64,000 nucleotides of DNA from an uncultured Lentisphaeraceae bacterium (GCA_949289005.1 CASEMQ010000033.1:1472-65471); one strand, 5' to 3'. Counted from the stretch's first letter, positions 1 to 10,938 are shown. The notes: generated by a model from the sequence alone, not told the origin. Made by a program: numbers and translations.

Positions 1-1
1 C

Positions 2-2053
2 GCAGACGATAAAACAAAGCCGAATGGTTGCTTCCCGCTCCCGGAGATCTGGCCACGCGAATTTCATGCGCTGCCCATTCCTCTCCCGCGCGAAACGATC
101 GTGGTGGGCACAGGGACGATGGAAACGCGGAAGATCTTCGGGATTTGGGCCGTCAATACCTTGTTGCCGAACTACAAACGGTTGTCGGAGGAAATCAACG
201 GCGACAGGAAAATCATTCCACGCCGCGACAAGATAAGCCCGCTGTTGGCGACTTTTCTCCCGACCGTCGCGCACAAAGCGCAAACGGATTCGGGCACGTA
301 TTGGGGAGAGATTTGGCTTGGCCTGGAGTGCTACACGTGCAAACGCTTGGTTGGGGCGCTGAAGTGTTCCAATCCTTGGCTGCTGTTGGACTACCTGAAG
401 GAACGAACCGTCGGCAAGAACGCCTCGTCCCAGGCAAGCGACGACGAGGAGGCAGAGGAGCCCCCCTTCTCCAAGGCGCAGGAGGAACTTGCCAGGCAGG
501 ATCGGAAAGATGCGAACGATTATGAAAAGGAGAAGTCATGGGAATACGTTCCCACCTCCGCGAAGCAAGCGAGTGCGGACAAACGAACCGTCACGACAAG
601 AGAGCGGATATGGAGGACATTCACCGGCGAGCTGTGGGGCGGCGAAGGCTACGGCGAGATTTTGGCCGAGTTGGCCTTTGCCGGCCGTGCGCTCGCCCAT
701 GCGACGATCAAAGCGGCGGGCGACGTGCCGGCGGTGGAAGCGCAGATAACGCGGCTGCTTCGCGACCCCGCAGCCGTTTGGGATGCCTTGCGATACTTGA
801 CGTGTCTGGATGCCATGCCTGCGAAATCTTTGCGTTTCAAGCCCGAACGGGGTGCGAAATGGTCGTGCGACCCGGCATCCATCTGTGCCGAACTCAATGC
901 CGTCGCGCACGCATTCACCATTGCGCCCAAGGGACAAGGCACATACGCCAAATCGCATTTCAAGCATTTTGGCTTCGAGGAGAACGGCGACACGTTGCCG
1001 TTGGCCGACAAGGCGTGCTTTCCCTCCTGCGAAGGCCCCATCGAGCAAGGCATTCGCTTCTCGTCTCGCAGAGATAAACTCCGGACGATACTTCGGTTGA
1101 AGGCGGACAAATTGGCGCCCTGGGCGAAGAAAGCGTGCGTCTATCTCAATCCCGAGTCAAACGCTTCCCAACAGGTCAAGCCGGTGGTTGGCACGCCCTT
1201 TGCCTTCCCCCCGCCCAAGCCCAAACCACGCAAGAAAACGCCCAAACGCGCCCAAACGAGGAAAACGGACACTTGGGAACGAAAGGTCGACGTCATCCTG
1301 AAAATCCGAGAAAACGTGAATGCATTACCCAATACCGCCGAGGAACGCTTGCGATTGCGCAATGCGTTGTTGGCCATCGCAGACACCAAAGAACAAGAAA
1401 AGGCAACGATCAACCAACTCTTGCCCGGGCTGACAGCCCATTACGCACGCTCCTTCGCGGACGACCGCCCCGAACGCAACGCGGATGGATGGCTTGCCCT
1501 ATTGAAAACAGAAAAATGGCAGTCGTGGATCAAAAAGCAAATCAAAGAGAACTTTCCGGACAAACCGTTGGCGTCCACGACACAGTCCAATTGGAACGAC
1601 ACGGAAGAACCGACCGCTGAGCAAAGGCTTCAAAGCATTCGGGACTACCAATTCGGCGAAGACGCGGAAGCCGGGGCGATTCGCCTGACAATGATGGGTG
1701 GCGACACCTACGAAACATTTCTCGTGTCCGTGTTCCGCGAGATTCACGTCAAGCGGACTCTCGCCAAGAAAAACAAGAAACTGCCGGCCGAGGAGGCGCA
1801 AGATCAGCCGGCCGAGGAAATCACGACGCAACTGGCCAAGGAGGCATTGGAAGCGTTCAGGAAAAAAGCACAGGCATGCGCGAACGGAGACTCCGCGCAT
1901 GGCTTGACCGCGAGGGAGCTTTACGAGTTCTTTATGTGTTTCTCGTCAATCTATCCGCTTTACTACGCAAGTAAGGTGACACATGGGGATCACCAAACCT
2001 GGACAGCGACCGAACCCAAAAGCCAAGGCAAGGAGGCCAACCATGGGCATTGA
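2..2053 (+). CDS. C-terminal ~680 aa of a large protein of unknown function (5' end lies outside the window)
   Basis: The frame is open from nt 2 with no stop. The translation is balanced, not R/P/G-biased. The DNA is visibly more AT-rich than the rest of the window. I recognise no motif. Confidence 0.6.
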   Translation, partial: ADDKTKPNGCFPLPEIWPREFHALPIPLPRETIVVGTGTMETRKIFGIWAVNTLLPNYKRLSEEINGDRKIIPRRDKISPLLATFLPTVAHKAQTDSGTYWGEIWLGLECYTCKRLVGALKCSNPWLLLDYLKERTVGKNASSQASDDEEAEEPPFSKAQEELARQDRKDANDYEKEKSWEYVPTSAKQASADKRTVTTRERIWRTFTGELWGGEGYGEILAELAFAGRALAHATIKAAGDVPAVEAQITRLLRDPAAVWDALRYLTCLDAMPAKSLRFKPERGAKWSCDPASICAELNAVAHAFTIAPKGQGTYAKSHFKHFGFEENGDTLPLADKACFPSCEGPIEQGIRFSSRRDKLRTILRLKADKLAPWAKKACVYLNPESNASQQVKPVVGTPFAFPPPKPKPRKKTPKRAQTRKTDTWERKVDVILKIRENVNALPNTAEERLRLRNALLAIADTKEQEKATINQLLPGLTAHYARSFADDRPERNADGWLALLKTEKWQSWIKKQIKENFPDKPLASTTQSNWNDTEEPTAEQRLQSIRDYQFGEDAEAGAIRLTMMGGDTYETFLVSVFREIHVKRTLAKKNKKLPAEEAQDQPAEEITTQLAKEALEAFRKKAQACANGDSAHGLTARELYEFFMCFSSIYPLYYASKVTHGDHQTWTATEPKSQGKEANHGH

Positions 2054-2969
2054 TTTGGAGCGCTTGGAGCGGTTGGCGGCGGTGGCGCGGGTGCGGCCGT
2101 GGGTGTTGGGGGCGCCGGGGGACTTGGAGGCGGGGGAGATCGGGCCGGGGGACCTGGTGGAGGGGGCGTACGCGCCGCCGGCGGTGGTGTTGGCGCGGGA
2201 GGGGGAGTGGCTGACGCTTGTGCCGTGCGCGCGGCTTGGCGTGGCGGCGACGCCCTCGGAGGTGGCCTTCACGTTGGGGCACACGACGTTGGTGGCGCAG
2301 GGGTGGGACGCGCGCCGCGTGCCCGCGGAGGCGTTGGCGGGGTGCGCGTGGCAGGGGACGCTCTCGGAGGACAATCTCGCCGGTCTGCGGGCGCGCCTGG
2401 CCGAGGGGTGCGCGGAGGAGGCACGGTTCGTCCGGGAGGATCCCGAGGCGGCGTTCCAAATCGTGGGTTATCAGCGGGCGACGGGATGGCCGTGGGAACT
2501 GATTTTCCCGGGGCTGACGGAGGCGCCGGGGCGCGTCGTGCCGGGCGTGGCGGAGAAGGAAACGGCGGAGGCGGCCAAGCCGTTGGCGCAACGCCTGGCG
2601 GAGGCGGCCAAGGCCGGTGCGCGGCGCTTCGTGTTGGTGGAGGCGCAGCCGACATGGGCGTTCGCGGCGGCGACCGGGCGGGAGCGGGCGACGTGCCGCG
2701 CCTTGCAGATAACCCTCCGCGATGGCACGGTCGCGTGCCAGGTGCGGCAGGATCCGGAGCGATCGCGGTTCGTGGTGGTGCGCGTGTGCCGCACGGACGC
2801 CGGGGAGCGTCCGTTGCGCCTGGCCATTCTCGTGGGCGACGAACCCATCCCCGAGGGGGACTTCACGTTGGGCAAGGCGGGGGATTGGCGAGAGTTGCCG
2901 CTGACCCCGGAGGAGGCCGCGCGGGGCATCGCCATCGTCTCGCACGAGGAGGATGGGAGCGCGCCATGA
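2043..2969 (+). CDS. Hypothetical protein (308 aa)
   Basis: ATG at 2043 is preceded by AAGGAGG 7 nt upstream and overlaps the stop of the upstream ORF by 11 nt. The translation is plausible (MGIDLERLERL...). No recognisable domain. Confidence 0.55.
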   Translation: MGIDLERLERLAAVARVRPWVLGAPGDLEAGEIGPGDLVEGAYAPPAVVLAREGEWLTLVPCARLGVAATPSEVAFTLGHTTLVAQGWDARRVPAEALAGCAWQGTLSEDNLAGLRARLAEGCAEEARFVREDPEAAFQIVGYQRATGWPWELIFPGLTEAPGRVVPGVAEKETAEAAKPLAQRLAEAAKAGARRFVLVEAQPTWAFAAATGRERATCRALQITLRDGTVACQVRQDPERSRFVVVRVCRTDAGERPLRLAILVGDEPIPEGDFTLGKAGDWRELPLTPEEAARGIAIVSHEEDGSAP

Positions 2970-3170
2970 CTTTGGATGGCCTCCCCGCGCCGTTCGCCGC
3001 CGCACGCGCCCGGCGAAGGGCTCCTCTTCGCCCGTTGCGCCGAGCGGGCGGTGCGCAAGGCCGCCCCCGCCACCGCGCCAATGCGCCGAAAGGCAAGAAA
3101 AATGGCCTTCGCCAAAAAAAGTGCTTGCATCGAAAATCGGGATATGCTATCTTATGGTCATTCCTTTCAC

Positions 3171-3246
3171 GGGGGTATAGCTCAGTTGGTAGAGCGTTTG
3201 AATGGCATTCAAAAGGTCAGGAGTTCGACTCTCCTTACCTCCACCA
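3171..3246 (+). tRNA. tRNA-Ala (anticodon GGC)
   Basis: 76-nt cloverleaf: acceptor GGGGGTA/TACCTCC with the G3:U70 Ala identity pair, anticodon loop ATGGCAT, T-loop TTCGACT, encoded CCA. Confidence 0.95.
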
Positions 3247-3265
3247 TAAGAAAGGAAGATTGAAG

Positions 3266-3297
3266 GAAGCGGCAGGTTCTGCCGCCTTTCTTTTTTT
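3266..3297 (+). terminator. Rho-independent terminator after tRNA-Ala
   Basis: Stem GCGGCAG-gtt-CTGCCGC followed by CTTTCTTTTTTT. Confidence 0.7.
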
Positions 3298-3329
3298 CCG
3301 CACCGCAACGGATTGTCCCACACGGAGGC

Positions 3330-4439
3330 TTGCCAATGGAGCCCACCCCTGCCACCCCGAACCTACCCGCGCCCGAGGCCCGGTTGCTCGCGCTTGATTT
3401 GTTGCGTGGGCTGGACATGTTGCTTCTCACCGTCGTGGGGCCCGTGTTATGGGCGGTGCACCGCGTGTGGGCGTTGCCGCCGTGGGTGTGCAAACAATTG
3501 ACGCACGCGCGGTGGGAGGGGCTGACGACGTGGGATCTCATCATGCCGCTCTTTATCTTCATGTGCGGGGCGGCCGTGCCTTTTGCCTTGGGCAAACGGT
3601 TGCGCGGGAAGTGGCCGGGCAGGGCCTACCTGCGGCACGTGTTGGGACGCGTGGTGCTCCTCTGGATCCTTGGCATGATGGTGCAAGGGGAACTGCTCAC
3701 GCTCGACCCCGCGCACATCATCCTTTACAACAACACATTGCAGGCCATCGCCGTTGGCTATCTGATTGCCGCCTGCGCCTTCCCGTTGCCCTGGCGCGCG
3801 CTTCGCGCCGCGCTTCCCCTCGTCCTCGCCGCGCTCTATGGGCTTCTTCTCGCGTGCCTTGGCGACTACACCCCCGATGGCAACTTCGCGGTACGCCTTG
3901 AGCGTACGCTCTTCCCCGGAAACACCGATGGCTATGGCTGGACGCTCACCTCGCTGATGTTCGGCGCCATGACCCTCTGGGGCATGAACTGCGCCGAGTT
4001 GCTTCGCGGCGGGCTTTCCCCCCGCCGCAAGGTTGTCCTGCTTGCCGCCTTGGGTCTCGCAGCGCTCTTGGGCGGGCTTGCGCTTGGCAACTGGGAGCCG
4101 GCCATCAAGCGCATCTACACCGTCAGCTTCACCGCGCAGGCCATGGGTTGGTGTACGCTCCTTCTTGCCGTTCTCTATTTGTGGGCCGACGTGCTTCGCC
4201 TTGCCCGAGGCCCTGGGCTTGTCGTTCTCTTCGGGCGACATGCCCTCGCGGCTTATTTGCTTGGCACCTTCTTCGCCCCTGTCATCCAAACCGCCGCCGC
4301 CCTCCTCACCCAAGGCATTCCCCACTGGCTTGGCCCCGCCCCCCAACCCTTCGTCCAAGCCCTTGCCGCGGCGCTCCTTCTCGCCGCGGCCCTTCGCCTC
4401 CTCGCCGCTTCCCGTGCCAATGTGCGCACGGGAAGCTGA
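3330..4439 (+). CDS. Polytopic membrane acyltransferase-like protein (DUF5009 / heparan-alpha-glucosaminide N-acetyltransferase-like)
   Basis: N-terminal RLLALDLLRGLDMLLL motif, multiple hydrophobic segments, ~369 aa. The family call is from memory of the motif pattern. Confidence 0.55.
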   Translation: MPMEPTPATPNLPAPEARLLALDLLRGLDMLLLTVVGPVLWAVHRVWALPPWVCKQLTHARWEGLTTWDLIMPLFIFMCGAAVPFALGKRLRGKWPGRAYLRHVLGRVVLLWILGMMVQGELLTLDPAHIILYNNTLQAIAVGYLIAACAFPLPWRALRAALPLVLAALYGLLLACLGDYTPDGNFAVRLERTLFPGNTDGYGWTLTSLMFGAMTLWGMNCAELLRGGLSPRRKVVLLAALGLAALLGGLALGNWEPAIKRIYTVSFTAQAMGWCTLLLAVLYLWADVLRLARGPGLVVLFGRHALAAYLLGTFFAPVIQTAAALLTQGIPHWLGPAPQPFVQALAAALLLAAALRLLAASRANVRTGS

Positions 4440-4454
4440 TGGCGCGGCGGGCAC

Positions 4455-4488
4455 AAAAAAGGCCCCCGCGATTGCGGGGGCCTTTTTT
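4455..4488. terminator. Bidirectional rho-independent terminator between convergent genes
   Basis: AAAAAA-GGCCCCCGC-gatt-GCGGGGGCC-TTTTTT; a run follows the stem on both strands. Confidence 0.85.
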
Positions 4489-4507
4489 GTCGCCTTGGGG
4501 GTCCGGC

Positions 4508-6745
4508 TCACAGGCAGCTGTGGCAGGTGCGGGCGATGACCTCGTCCTGGTGCTTTTTGGAGAGGGTGATGAAGCGGACGGCGTAGCCGGAGACGCGGAT
4601 GGTGAGGTTGGGGTATTTGTCGGGGTGGGCCTGGGCGTCGCGGAGGAGGTCGGTGTTGAAGACGTTGACGTTGAGGTGGTGGGCGCCTTGGACGAAGTAG
4701 CCGTCCATGAGGCGGGTGAGGTTGGCGACGCGCTCGGGCTCGTCTTTGCCGAGGGCGGTGGGGTTGATGGTGAAGGTGTTGGAGATGCCGTCGCGGCAGG
4801 CGTCGTAGTCGAGTTTGGCGACGGAGTTGAGGGAGAAGACGGCGCCGGAGGCGTCGCGGCCATGCATGGGGTTGGCGCCGGGGGCGAAGGGCTCGCCGGC
4901 CTTGCGGCCGTCTGGGGTGGCGCCGGTGTTCTTGCCGTACATGACGTTGGAGGTGATGGTGAGGAGGCTGAGGGTGTGCTCGGCGCCGCGGTAGCAAGGG
5001 GTCTTGCGGAGCTCGGCGTAGAAGTACTCGGCGAGTTCCTTGGCGATGGCGTCGACGCGGTCGTCGTCGTTGCCGAACTTGGGGAAGTCGCCCTCGATGG
5101 TGAAGTCGGTGGTGATGCCCTCGGCGTTGCGGACGGGGGTGACCTTGGCGTATTTGATGGCGGAGAGGGCGTCGGCGGCGACGGAGAGGCCGGCGGCGCC
5201 GAAGGCCATCCAGCGGTGGGCCAGGTGGGTGTCGTGCAGGGCCATCTGGATCTTCTCGTAGGCGTATTTGTCGTGCATGTAGTGAATCACGTTCATGGTG
5301 TTCACGTATTGGTGCGCGAGCCAGGAGAGGACCTTTTTGTAGCGGGCCAGGACGTCGTCGTAGTTCAGCGGGCCTTCGGGGGGGAGGTCGGTCTTGGGGC
5401 CGACCTGCTTGCCCTTGATTTCCTCGCGGCCGCCGTTGAGGGCCATGAGGAGGGCCTTGGGGAGGTTGGCGCGGGCGCCGAAGAACTGCATGTCCTTGCC
5501 GATGGTCATGGCGGAGACGCAGCAGGCGATGGCGTAGTCGTCGCCGAAGCGCTCGCGCATGAGGTCGTCGTTTTCGTACTGCACGGAGTCGGTGACGATG
5601 GAGACGTGGGCGCAGTAGTCCTTCCAGCCCTGGGGCAGGGCCTGGGCCCAAAGGACGGTCATGTTGGGCTCGGGCGCGGGGCCGAGGTTCTCCAGCGTGT
5701 GCAGCACGCGGAAGGTGGTCTTGGTCACCAGCGTGCGGCCGTCGAGGCCCATGCCGCCGAGGCTCTCGGTGGTCCAGGTGGGGTCGCCCGCGAAGAGCTC
5801 GTTGTATTCGGGGGTGCGGAGCTGGCGGTTCATGCGCAGGTGGAGGACGTAGTCGTCAATCAGCTCCTGGGCGGTTTCCTCGGTGAGGACGCCGGCCTTC
5901 AGGTCGCGCTCGATGTAGATGTCGAGGAAGGTGGCCGTGCGGCCCAGGCTCATGGCCGCGCCGTTCTGCTCCTTGATGGCCGCGAGGTAGCCGAAGTAGA
6001 CGGCCTGGATGGCCTCGCGGGCGCTTTGGGCGGGCTTGGAGATGTCGTGGCCGTACATCTCGGCCATCTTCTTGAGGCGGCCGAGGTAGTCGATCTGGCG
6101 CCACACGTCCTCGCGCAGGCGGATGGTCTCGTCGTCCATCACCGCGTCGGGCGCGGTGCCGATGCCGTCGAGGTCCTTCTGCTTCTCCTCGATCAGCCTG
6201 TCCACGCCATAGAGCGCCACGCGGCGGTAGTCGCCGATGATGCGGCCGCGGCCGTAGGCATCGGGCAGGCCGGTGAGCACGTGGGCGGAGCGCAGCGCGC
6301 GCATGTCCTTGGTGTACGCGCGGAAGACGCCGTCGTTGTGCGTGGTGCGGTAGGTGAACTGCGTCTTCAGCTTCTCGCTGAGGCGATAGCCATAGGCCTC
6401 CGCGGCCTGGACGGCCATGCGCATGCCGCCGAAGGGGTTGACGGAGCGCTTCAGCGGCGCATCCGTCTGCAACCCCACAATCAGCTCGTTTTCCTTGTCC
6501 AGGTAACCCGGGGCATGGTTGAGCAGGCTGGAGGCGTTGTCCACATCCACGTCGAGCACGCCGCCTTTGTCGAACTCCTCCTTGTGGAGCCGCTCGTATT
6601 CGGCGTTCACCTTGCGGGTGCGCGCCGTGGGGCCGACGAGGAACGACGCGTCCCCCTCGTAGGGCGTGTAGTTGGTTTGGATGAAATCGCGGACATCGAT
6701 GCTGTCCTGCCACTTGCCGGACTTGAACGCAGTGTATTGGAACAT
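4508..6745 (-). CDS. pflB: Formate C-acetyltransferase (pyruvate formate-lyase, glycyl-radical enzyme)
   Basis: 745 aa starting [14 protein letters not shown]-terminal glycyl-radical motif RVSGYAV. AGGAGG lies upstream of the ATG at 6745. Confidence 0.93.
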   Translation of the reverse strand: MFQYTAFKSGKWQDSIDVRDFIQTNYTPYEGDASFLVGPTARTRKVNAEYERLHKEEFDKGGVLDVDVDNASSLLNHAPGYLDKENELIVGLQTDAPLKRSVNPFGGMRMAVQAAEAYGYRLSEKLKTQFTYRTTHNDGVFRAYTKDMRALRSAHVLTGLPDAYGRGRIIGDYRRVALYGVDRLIEEKQKDLDGIGTAPDAVMDDETIRLREDVWRQIDYLGRLKKMAEMYGHDISKPAQSAREAIQAVYFGYLAAIKEQNGAAMSLGRTATFLDIYIERDLKAGVLTEETAQELIDDYVLHLRMNRQLRTPEYNELFAGDPTWTTESLGGMGLDGRTLVTKTTFRVLHTLENLGPAPEPNMTVLWAQALPQGWKDYCAHVSIVTDSVQYENDDLMRERFGDDYAIACCVSAMTIGKDMQFFGARANLPKALLMALNGGREEIKGKQVGPKTDLPPEGPLNYDDVLARYKKVLSWLAHQYVNTMNVIHYMHDKYAYEKIQMALHDTHLAHRWMAFGAAGLSVAADALSAIKYAKVTPVRNAEGITTDFTIEGDFPKFGNDDDRVDAIAKELAEYFYAELRKTPCYRGAEHTLSLLTITSNVMYGKNTGATPDGRKAGEPFAPGANPMHGRDASGAVFSLNSVAKLDYDACRDGISNTFTINPTALGKDEPERVANLTRLMDGYFVQGAHHLNVNVFNTDLLRDAQAHPDKYPNLTIRVSGYAVRFITLSKKHQDEVIARTCHSCL

Positions 6746-6969
6746 GGGCGTTCCTCCTTGTTTGGGTTGGCCTGGCGCCCCACGCAAACGCGCGGAAACG
6801 ACCAGAAAACGGCAAGAACTGTATCAAATACAAAACCTCCGCGTCAAGCCCGACGCCGCCCAGAGGGGGGACTTCCCGCGGGCGGCGCCGGCGACTTTCC
6901 CGCCCCGTCAGCCGCCCGCGGGCGGCTGTGCTAAACTGTGCGGGCGAAACGGCAACGAAAGGACGGACG

Positions 6970-7557
6970 ATGGCGGAGACGCAGACATTCGACAGGGCGG
7001 GAATCGCGCGCGCGGCGGCGGCGCTGGCGCGGGGCGGGGTGGTCATCGTGCCGACTGAGACGGTCTACGGCGTGGCGTGCCACCCCGCCTTTCCCGAGGC
7101 GCTGGAGCGCATCCGCGCGATGAAACACCGCGACCGCGACAAACCCTTCCAGTTGCTCGCGGCGGACGCCGCGGCGGTCTGGGCGGACGGCGCGGCGCGT
7201 TCGCCCGAGGCGGAGCGCCTGGCCGCCCGCTGGCCGGGCGCGCTCACCCTTGTCCTGCCCACGGCCAGGGGCCGCACCGAGGGCTATCGCGTGCCCGACC
7301 TGCCCCTTTTGCGCGCCTTGATCGCCCAATGCGGCGGCCTGCTGCGTTGCACCAGCGTGAACATCAGCGGCGAGCCCCCCGCCCGCGACGCCCGCGAGGC
7401 CGCCGCGGCCTTGGGCGACGCCGTGGATCTCGTCCTCGACGGCGGCCCCGCGCGCCTGGGCGTCGCCTCGACCGTCGCCGCGCTCTCCCCCGCCGGCGCG
7501 CTCACGATCCTCCGCCAAGGCGCCTTGCGCCTGCAGCGGGAAGACCGCGAGGACTGA
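6970..7557 (+). CDS. tsaC: L-threonylcarbamoyladenylate synthase (YrdC/TsaC family)
   Basis: GGVVIVPTETVYGVAC and KxRxxxKPF motifs typical of the YrdC/Sua5 domain; ~195 aa. Confidence 0.85.
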   Translation: MAETQTFDRAGIARAAAALARGGVVIVPTETVYGVACHPAFPEALERIRAMKHRDRDKPFQLLAADAAAVWADGAARSPEAERLAARWPGALTLVLPTARGRTEGYRVPDLPLLRALIAQCGGLLRCTSVNISGEPPARDAREAAAALGDAVDLVLDGGPARLGVASTVAALSPAGALTILRQGALRLQREDRED

Positions 7558-7569
7558 GCGCGCCCGTGC

Positions 7570-9747
7570 TCACTCGGCGCGGAGGCGGAGGAGGCAGCTG
7601 TCGTAGAGTTTGGCGATGGGGAGGGTGAGGCCGTCTTTCATGAGTTGGGCGCCGGTGCGTTTTTGCCCGGAGACCTTGAGGGGTTTGCGGGCGGGCGGGA
7701 CGAGGACTTCCTCGATGGCGTAGGTTTTGGCGGGGTCGAGGCCGGCGAGTTTGAGGCTCAGGGGGCCTTTGTCGTAGGCGGTGTCGAGGGAGTAGGCGAA
7801 GACGAGGGCCTGGGTTTTGTCCTTGGCGACGTAGGCGAGTGCGGCGTAGCCGTCGCGGAGGTAGGGGCTGTGGAGGCGATAGAGGTCGCCGAATTGGACG
7901 ATGTCGCGGATGTATGCCTTGGCGGCCCGGATGCCGGCCTCGGCGACTTTGCGTTCGTCGGGGGTGAGGTGGGAGGGTTGCAGCTCGAAGCCGAAGCGGC
8001 CGACGAGGGCGACGTGGAGGCGGAAGGAGGCGGGGAAGGGCGTGTTGAGGGGGTTGCCGACGCCGGAGCGGGAGAAGTGGGCGGCCATGGCCTTGGCGGG
8101 GTAGAAGTGGCCGGTGCCCCACTGGATGAAGACGCGGCGGATGGCGGAGGTGTTGTCGCTGGTCCAGAACTCGTTGTGGTAGGCGAGGGCGCCGTAGTCC
8201 ACGCGGCCGCCGCCAGAGGCGCAGACCTGCATCTGCAGGTGGGGATGTTTCGCGCGGATGCGGGCGTAGACGGCGTAGAGGCCGCGGGCGTAGTCGTACC
8301 AGAAGTTGGCCTGGCGGTCTTTGGGCAGGTAGGTGGAGCCGACGTTGGCGACGGTGCGGTTGGCGTCCCACTTGATGTAGGAGATGCCGGGGGCGTCTTT
8401 CAGGATTTGGTCGAAGGAAGCGACGACGAAGTCTTGGACGGCGGGGTTGGTCATGTCGAGAAGCCACTGGTTGCGGCCTTGGAGTTTTTCGCGTTTGCCG
8501 CTCTGGACAACCCATTCGGGGTGGGCCTTGGCGAGGTTGCTGTTGGGGTTGACCATCTCGAGCTCGACCCAGAGGCCGAAGCGGATGCCGAGGCTTTTGG
8601 CGTAGTCGGCGAGGCCTTGGAGGCCGCAGGGGAGTTTCTTGGCGTTCACCTGCCAGTCGCCGAGGCCGGCCTTGACGGTGTCGCGGGCGTTTTCGCCGTT
8701 GCCGAACCAGCCGTCGTCGAGGACGAAGAGTTCGAGGCCCATGTCGGCGGCGTCTTTGATCATCTCCTTGATTTTGGCCTCGTCGAAGGTGAGGTAGACG
8801 CCTTCCCAGGAGTTGAGGAGGATGGGGTTGGGCCTGTCGCCGTCGACCAGCACGTAGTTGCGGGCATAGTCGTGCATGTTGCGCGAGATTTGGCCTTTGC
8901 CGGAGGAGGAGTGGGTGAGGATGGCCTCGGGGGAGACGTAGGGGGTGTCGGGCGGCAGTTTGTAATCCGCGCCCAGGTCGGCCATGCCGGCCTTGACACT
9001 CAGGCCGCGGCCGGTGTCGAGGCGGCAGTCGATTTGCCAGTTGCCCGTCCAGGCCACGGCGATGCCGTAGGCCTCGCCGGCCTCTTCCTGCGCGGGGCCG
9101 TCGCTGACGATGACGGCGGGGTTCTCGAAGTAGGCCGAGCGCGTGCTGCGGTAGTTGGCGATGCGCTTGGTGCCGGGCATGAGGCGCTCCTCCACCAGGT
9201 GCATTTCGTTGGGCCAGTTGTCGAGGAAGCGGTTTTGGAAGGAGGTGAGCCACCAATCGCCCTGCGGAAAGGCCGGGAGGGTCGAGGCCATCGCGTGCAC
9301 GGTGATGTCGCCGGGCTCTTGGTGCGTCAGCGTCACCTGCTGGGTGATGACGTCTTCCTTCGCGTAGGCCGTGAAGTCCACGCGCACGGTCAGCGGGTAG
9401 AGCGGGTCTTTCAACGTCAGGGAGGTGCGCGTGCGGTTGGCGTCCAGCTCCTTGCGCTCCACCTTGTCGAGTTTCAGCTCCGTGGTGAGCGAGCCGTCGG
9501 CGTGCGTCACGCGGAGCGCGGCGTCTTCCTCCGCCCAGCCGCCGAAGGTCGAGAGCACGGGGCCGCGCCACCACTTCCGCGCGGGCTCGTCTGCCTTGTC
9601 GCCCCAATAGATCCAGCCCACGTCGCCCTTGTCGTTCTTCTCCAACAACAGGAGCGTCCGCGACGTCTCGATGCGGATTGCCTCCGCCCAGGCCACGTTG
9701 CCCGCGAGCGCACCCGCCAACGCGATCAGCCCAACAACCTTGTTCAT
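7570..9747 (-). CDS. Secreted alpha-galactosidase, glycoside hydrolase family 36
   Basis: Signal peptide MNKVVGLIALAGALAGNVAWA. GH36 signatures LNSWEG, LFVLDDGWFG, KFGLWVE-like, YIKWD. Confidence 0.88.
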   Translation of the reverse strand: MNKVVGLIALAGALAGNVAWAEAIRIETSRTLLLLEKNDKGDVGWIYWGDKADEPARKWWRGPVLSTFGGWAEEDAALRVTHADGSLTTELKLDKVERKELDANRTRTSLTLKDPLYPLTVRVDFTAYAKEDVITQQVTLTHQEPGDITVHAMASTLPAFPQGDWWLTSFQNRFLDNWPNEMHLVEERLMPGTKRIANYRSTRSAYFENPAVIVSDGPAQEEAGEAYGIAVAWTGNWQIDCRLDTGRGLSVKAGMADLGADYKLPPDTPYVSPEAILTHSSSGKGQISRNMHDYARNYVLVDGDRPNPILLNSWEGVYLTFDEAKIKEMIKDAADMGLELFVLDDGWFGNGENARDTVKAGLGDWQVNAKKLPCGLQGLADYAKSLGIRFGLWVELEMVNPNSNLAKAHPEWVVQSGKREKLQGRNQWLLDMTNPAVQDFVVASFDQILKDAPGISYIKWDANRTVANVGSTYLPKDRQANFWYDYARGLYAVYARIRAKHPHLQMQVCASGGGRVDYGALAYHNEFWTSDNTSAIRRVFIQWGTGHFYPAKAMAAHFSRSGVGNPLNTPFPASFRLHVALVGRFGFELQPSHLTPDERKVAEAGIRAAKAYIRDIVQFGDLYRLHSPYLRDGYAALAYVAKDKTQALVFAYSLDTAYDKGPLSLKLAGLDPAKTYAIEEVLVPPARKPLKVSGQKRTGAQLMKDGLTLPIAKLYDSCLLRLRAE

Positions 9748-9984
9748 CGTCCGTGCCTTTCCATAAAACAAAACACTGTTCGCGGCGCCAAACGCCACGC
9801 CGCCCAACATAGCGCATCCCGCCCACGCCTTCACGCCATTGCCCGTCTTTTTTTCCCCTGCGCACGCCCGTACCCACCCCGCCCGCCCCCACCCCGCCCG
9901 CCTGGCAGGCGCCGCGCGGGTTTTACATCCCGGGTTTGTTCTGGTATCCTATGGGTATCGGAAGTCGAGAATGGGAGTTGCCCG

Positions 9985-10938
9985 ATGAGTGATGCGGACG
10001 TGACAAAGAAACCGGCGAGGGCCAAGCGCGTGGTGTGCGGCCTGTGCGTGGCGGCGGTGTGGCTGGCGGCCATCTTTCTCTTGCCGCCGTGGGCGCTCAC
10101 GGCATTGCTGACGGTGGCGGCGGGGATTTGTCTCTACGAGCTGTGCGCAATGCTCAAGAAGGCGGGCTACGCGTTGCCGTTCCGGACGTTGGCGGCGCTG
10201 ACGGTGGTGTGGTTCGGCATGGTCTATGTCATCTGCGAGGGCATGTTCGCGAATCTCGACATCGGGCCGCTGCTTCTCGCCCTTTTCGTCTTGATGCCGC
10301 TGTGGCCGATGGCGGTGTTCTTCCGGGTGCTGTTGGGCAAGCGGATCGAGCGGCCGATGGAGGTGGCGGCGCTCTCGGTGACGGCGTTCCTCTATATCCC
10401 GGTCATGCTCTCGGCGTTGTTGCCGATCGCGCTCTTCCGGGACAATCCAGGCGATTCGTGCGCGCCGGGGATTTTCCTGGCGTTCGCCTTGGTGCTGGTG
10501 ACGAAGCTGGCGGACACGGGCGGGTATTTCGTCGGCACGGCGATCGGCCGCCACAAGATGTGCCCGCGGCTGTCGCCGGGAAAGAGTTGGGAGGGGACGA
10601 TCGGGGGCTATCTCTTCGCGTTGGTCGGGGCGGGGTGCGTCGTCGCGGCGGCGCGGGTTTGGCCGGAGGCGACGTGCCTGGACTTCGTGCGGGAGCTGAC
10701 GTGCAGCGTGCCGCGGATCCTGTGGGCGGCACTGACGGTGGTGGCGATCGTGACGGTGGGAATTCTGGGGGATTTGCTGGAATCGCTCTTCAAGCGGCAG
10801 TGCGGCGTGAAGGATTCCTCGGCGCTCTTCCCGGCGATGGGGGGCTTCTTCGACACCTTCGACAGCATTGTCTTTGTGCCCGTCACCTTCCTGGCGATGC
10901 TCGGGTTGGGGTGCGCCGCGATGAAAGTGTGGGCGTAA
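9985..10938 (+). CDS. cdsA: Phosphatidate cytidylyltransferase
   Basis: Polytopic membrane protein with the C-terminal CTP-transferase signature SxxKRxxxxKDxxxxxPGHGGxxDRxD-like (SLFKRQCGVKDSSALFPAMGGFFDTFDS). Confidence 0.88.
   Translation: MSDADVTKKPARAKRVVCGLCVAAVWLAAIFLLPPWALTALLTVAAGICLYELCAMLKKAGYALPFRTLAALTVVWFGMVYVICEGMFANLDIGPLLLALFVLMPLWPMAVFFRVLLGKRIERPMEVAALSVTAFLYIPVMLSALLPIALFRDNPGDSCAPGIFLAFALVLVTKLADTGGYFVGTAIGRHKMCPRLSPGKSWEGTIGGYLFALVGAGCVVAAARVWPEATCLDFVRELTCSVPRILWAALTVVAIVTVGILGDLLESLFKRQCGVKDSSALFPAMGGFFDTFDSIVFVPVTFLAMLGLGCAAMKVWA

Noticed and set aside
4148-6934. 928-aa plus-strand ORF (and the 734-aa minus ORF 3447-5651) overlapping pflB
   Set aside because: The translations are Gly/Ala/Val/Asp- or Arg/Pro-rich low-complexity sequence, typical of shadow frames in high-GC DNA. 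The pflB frame has unambiguous family motifs.
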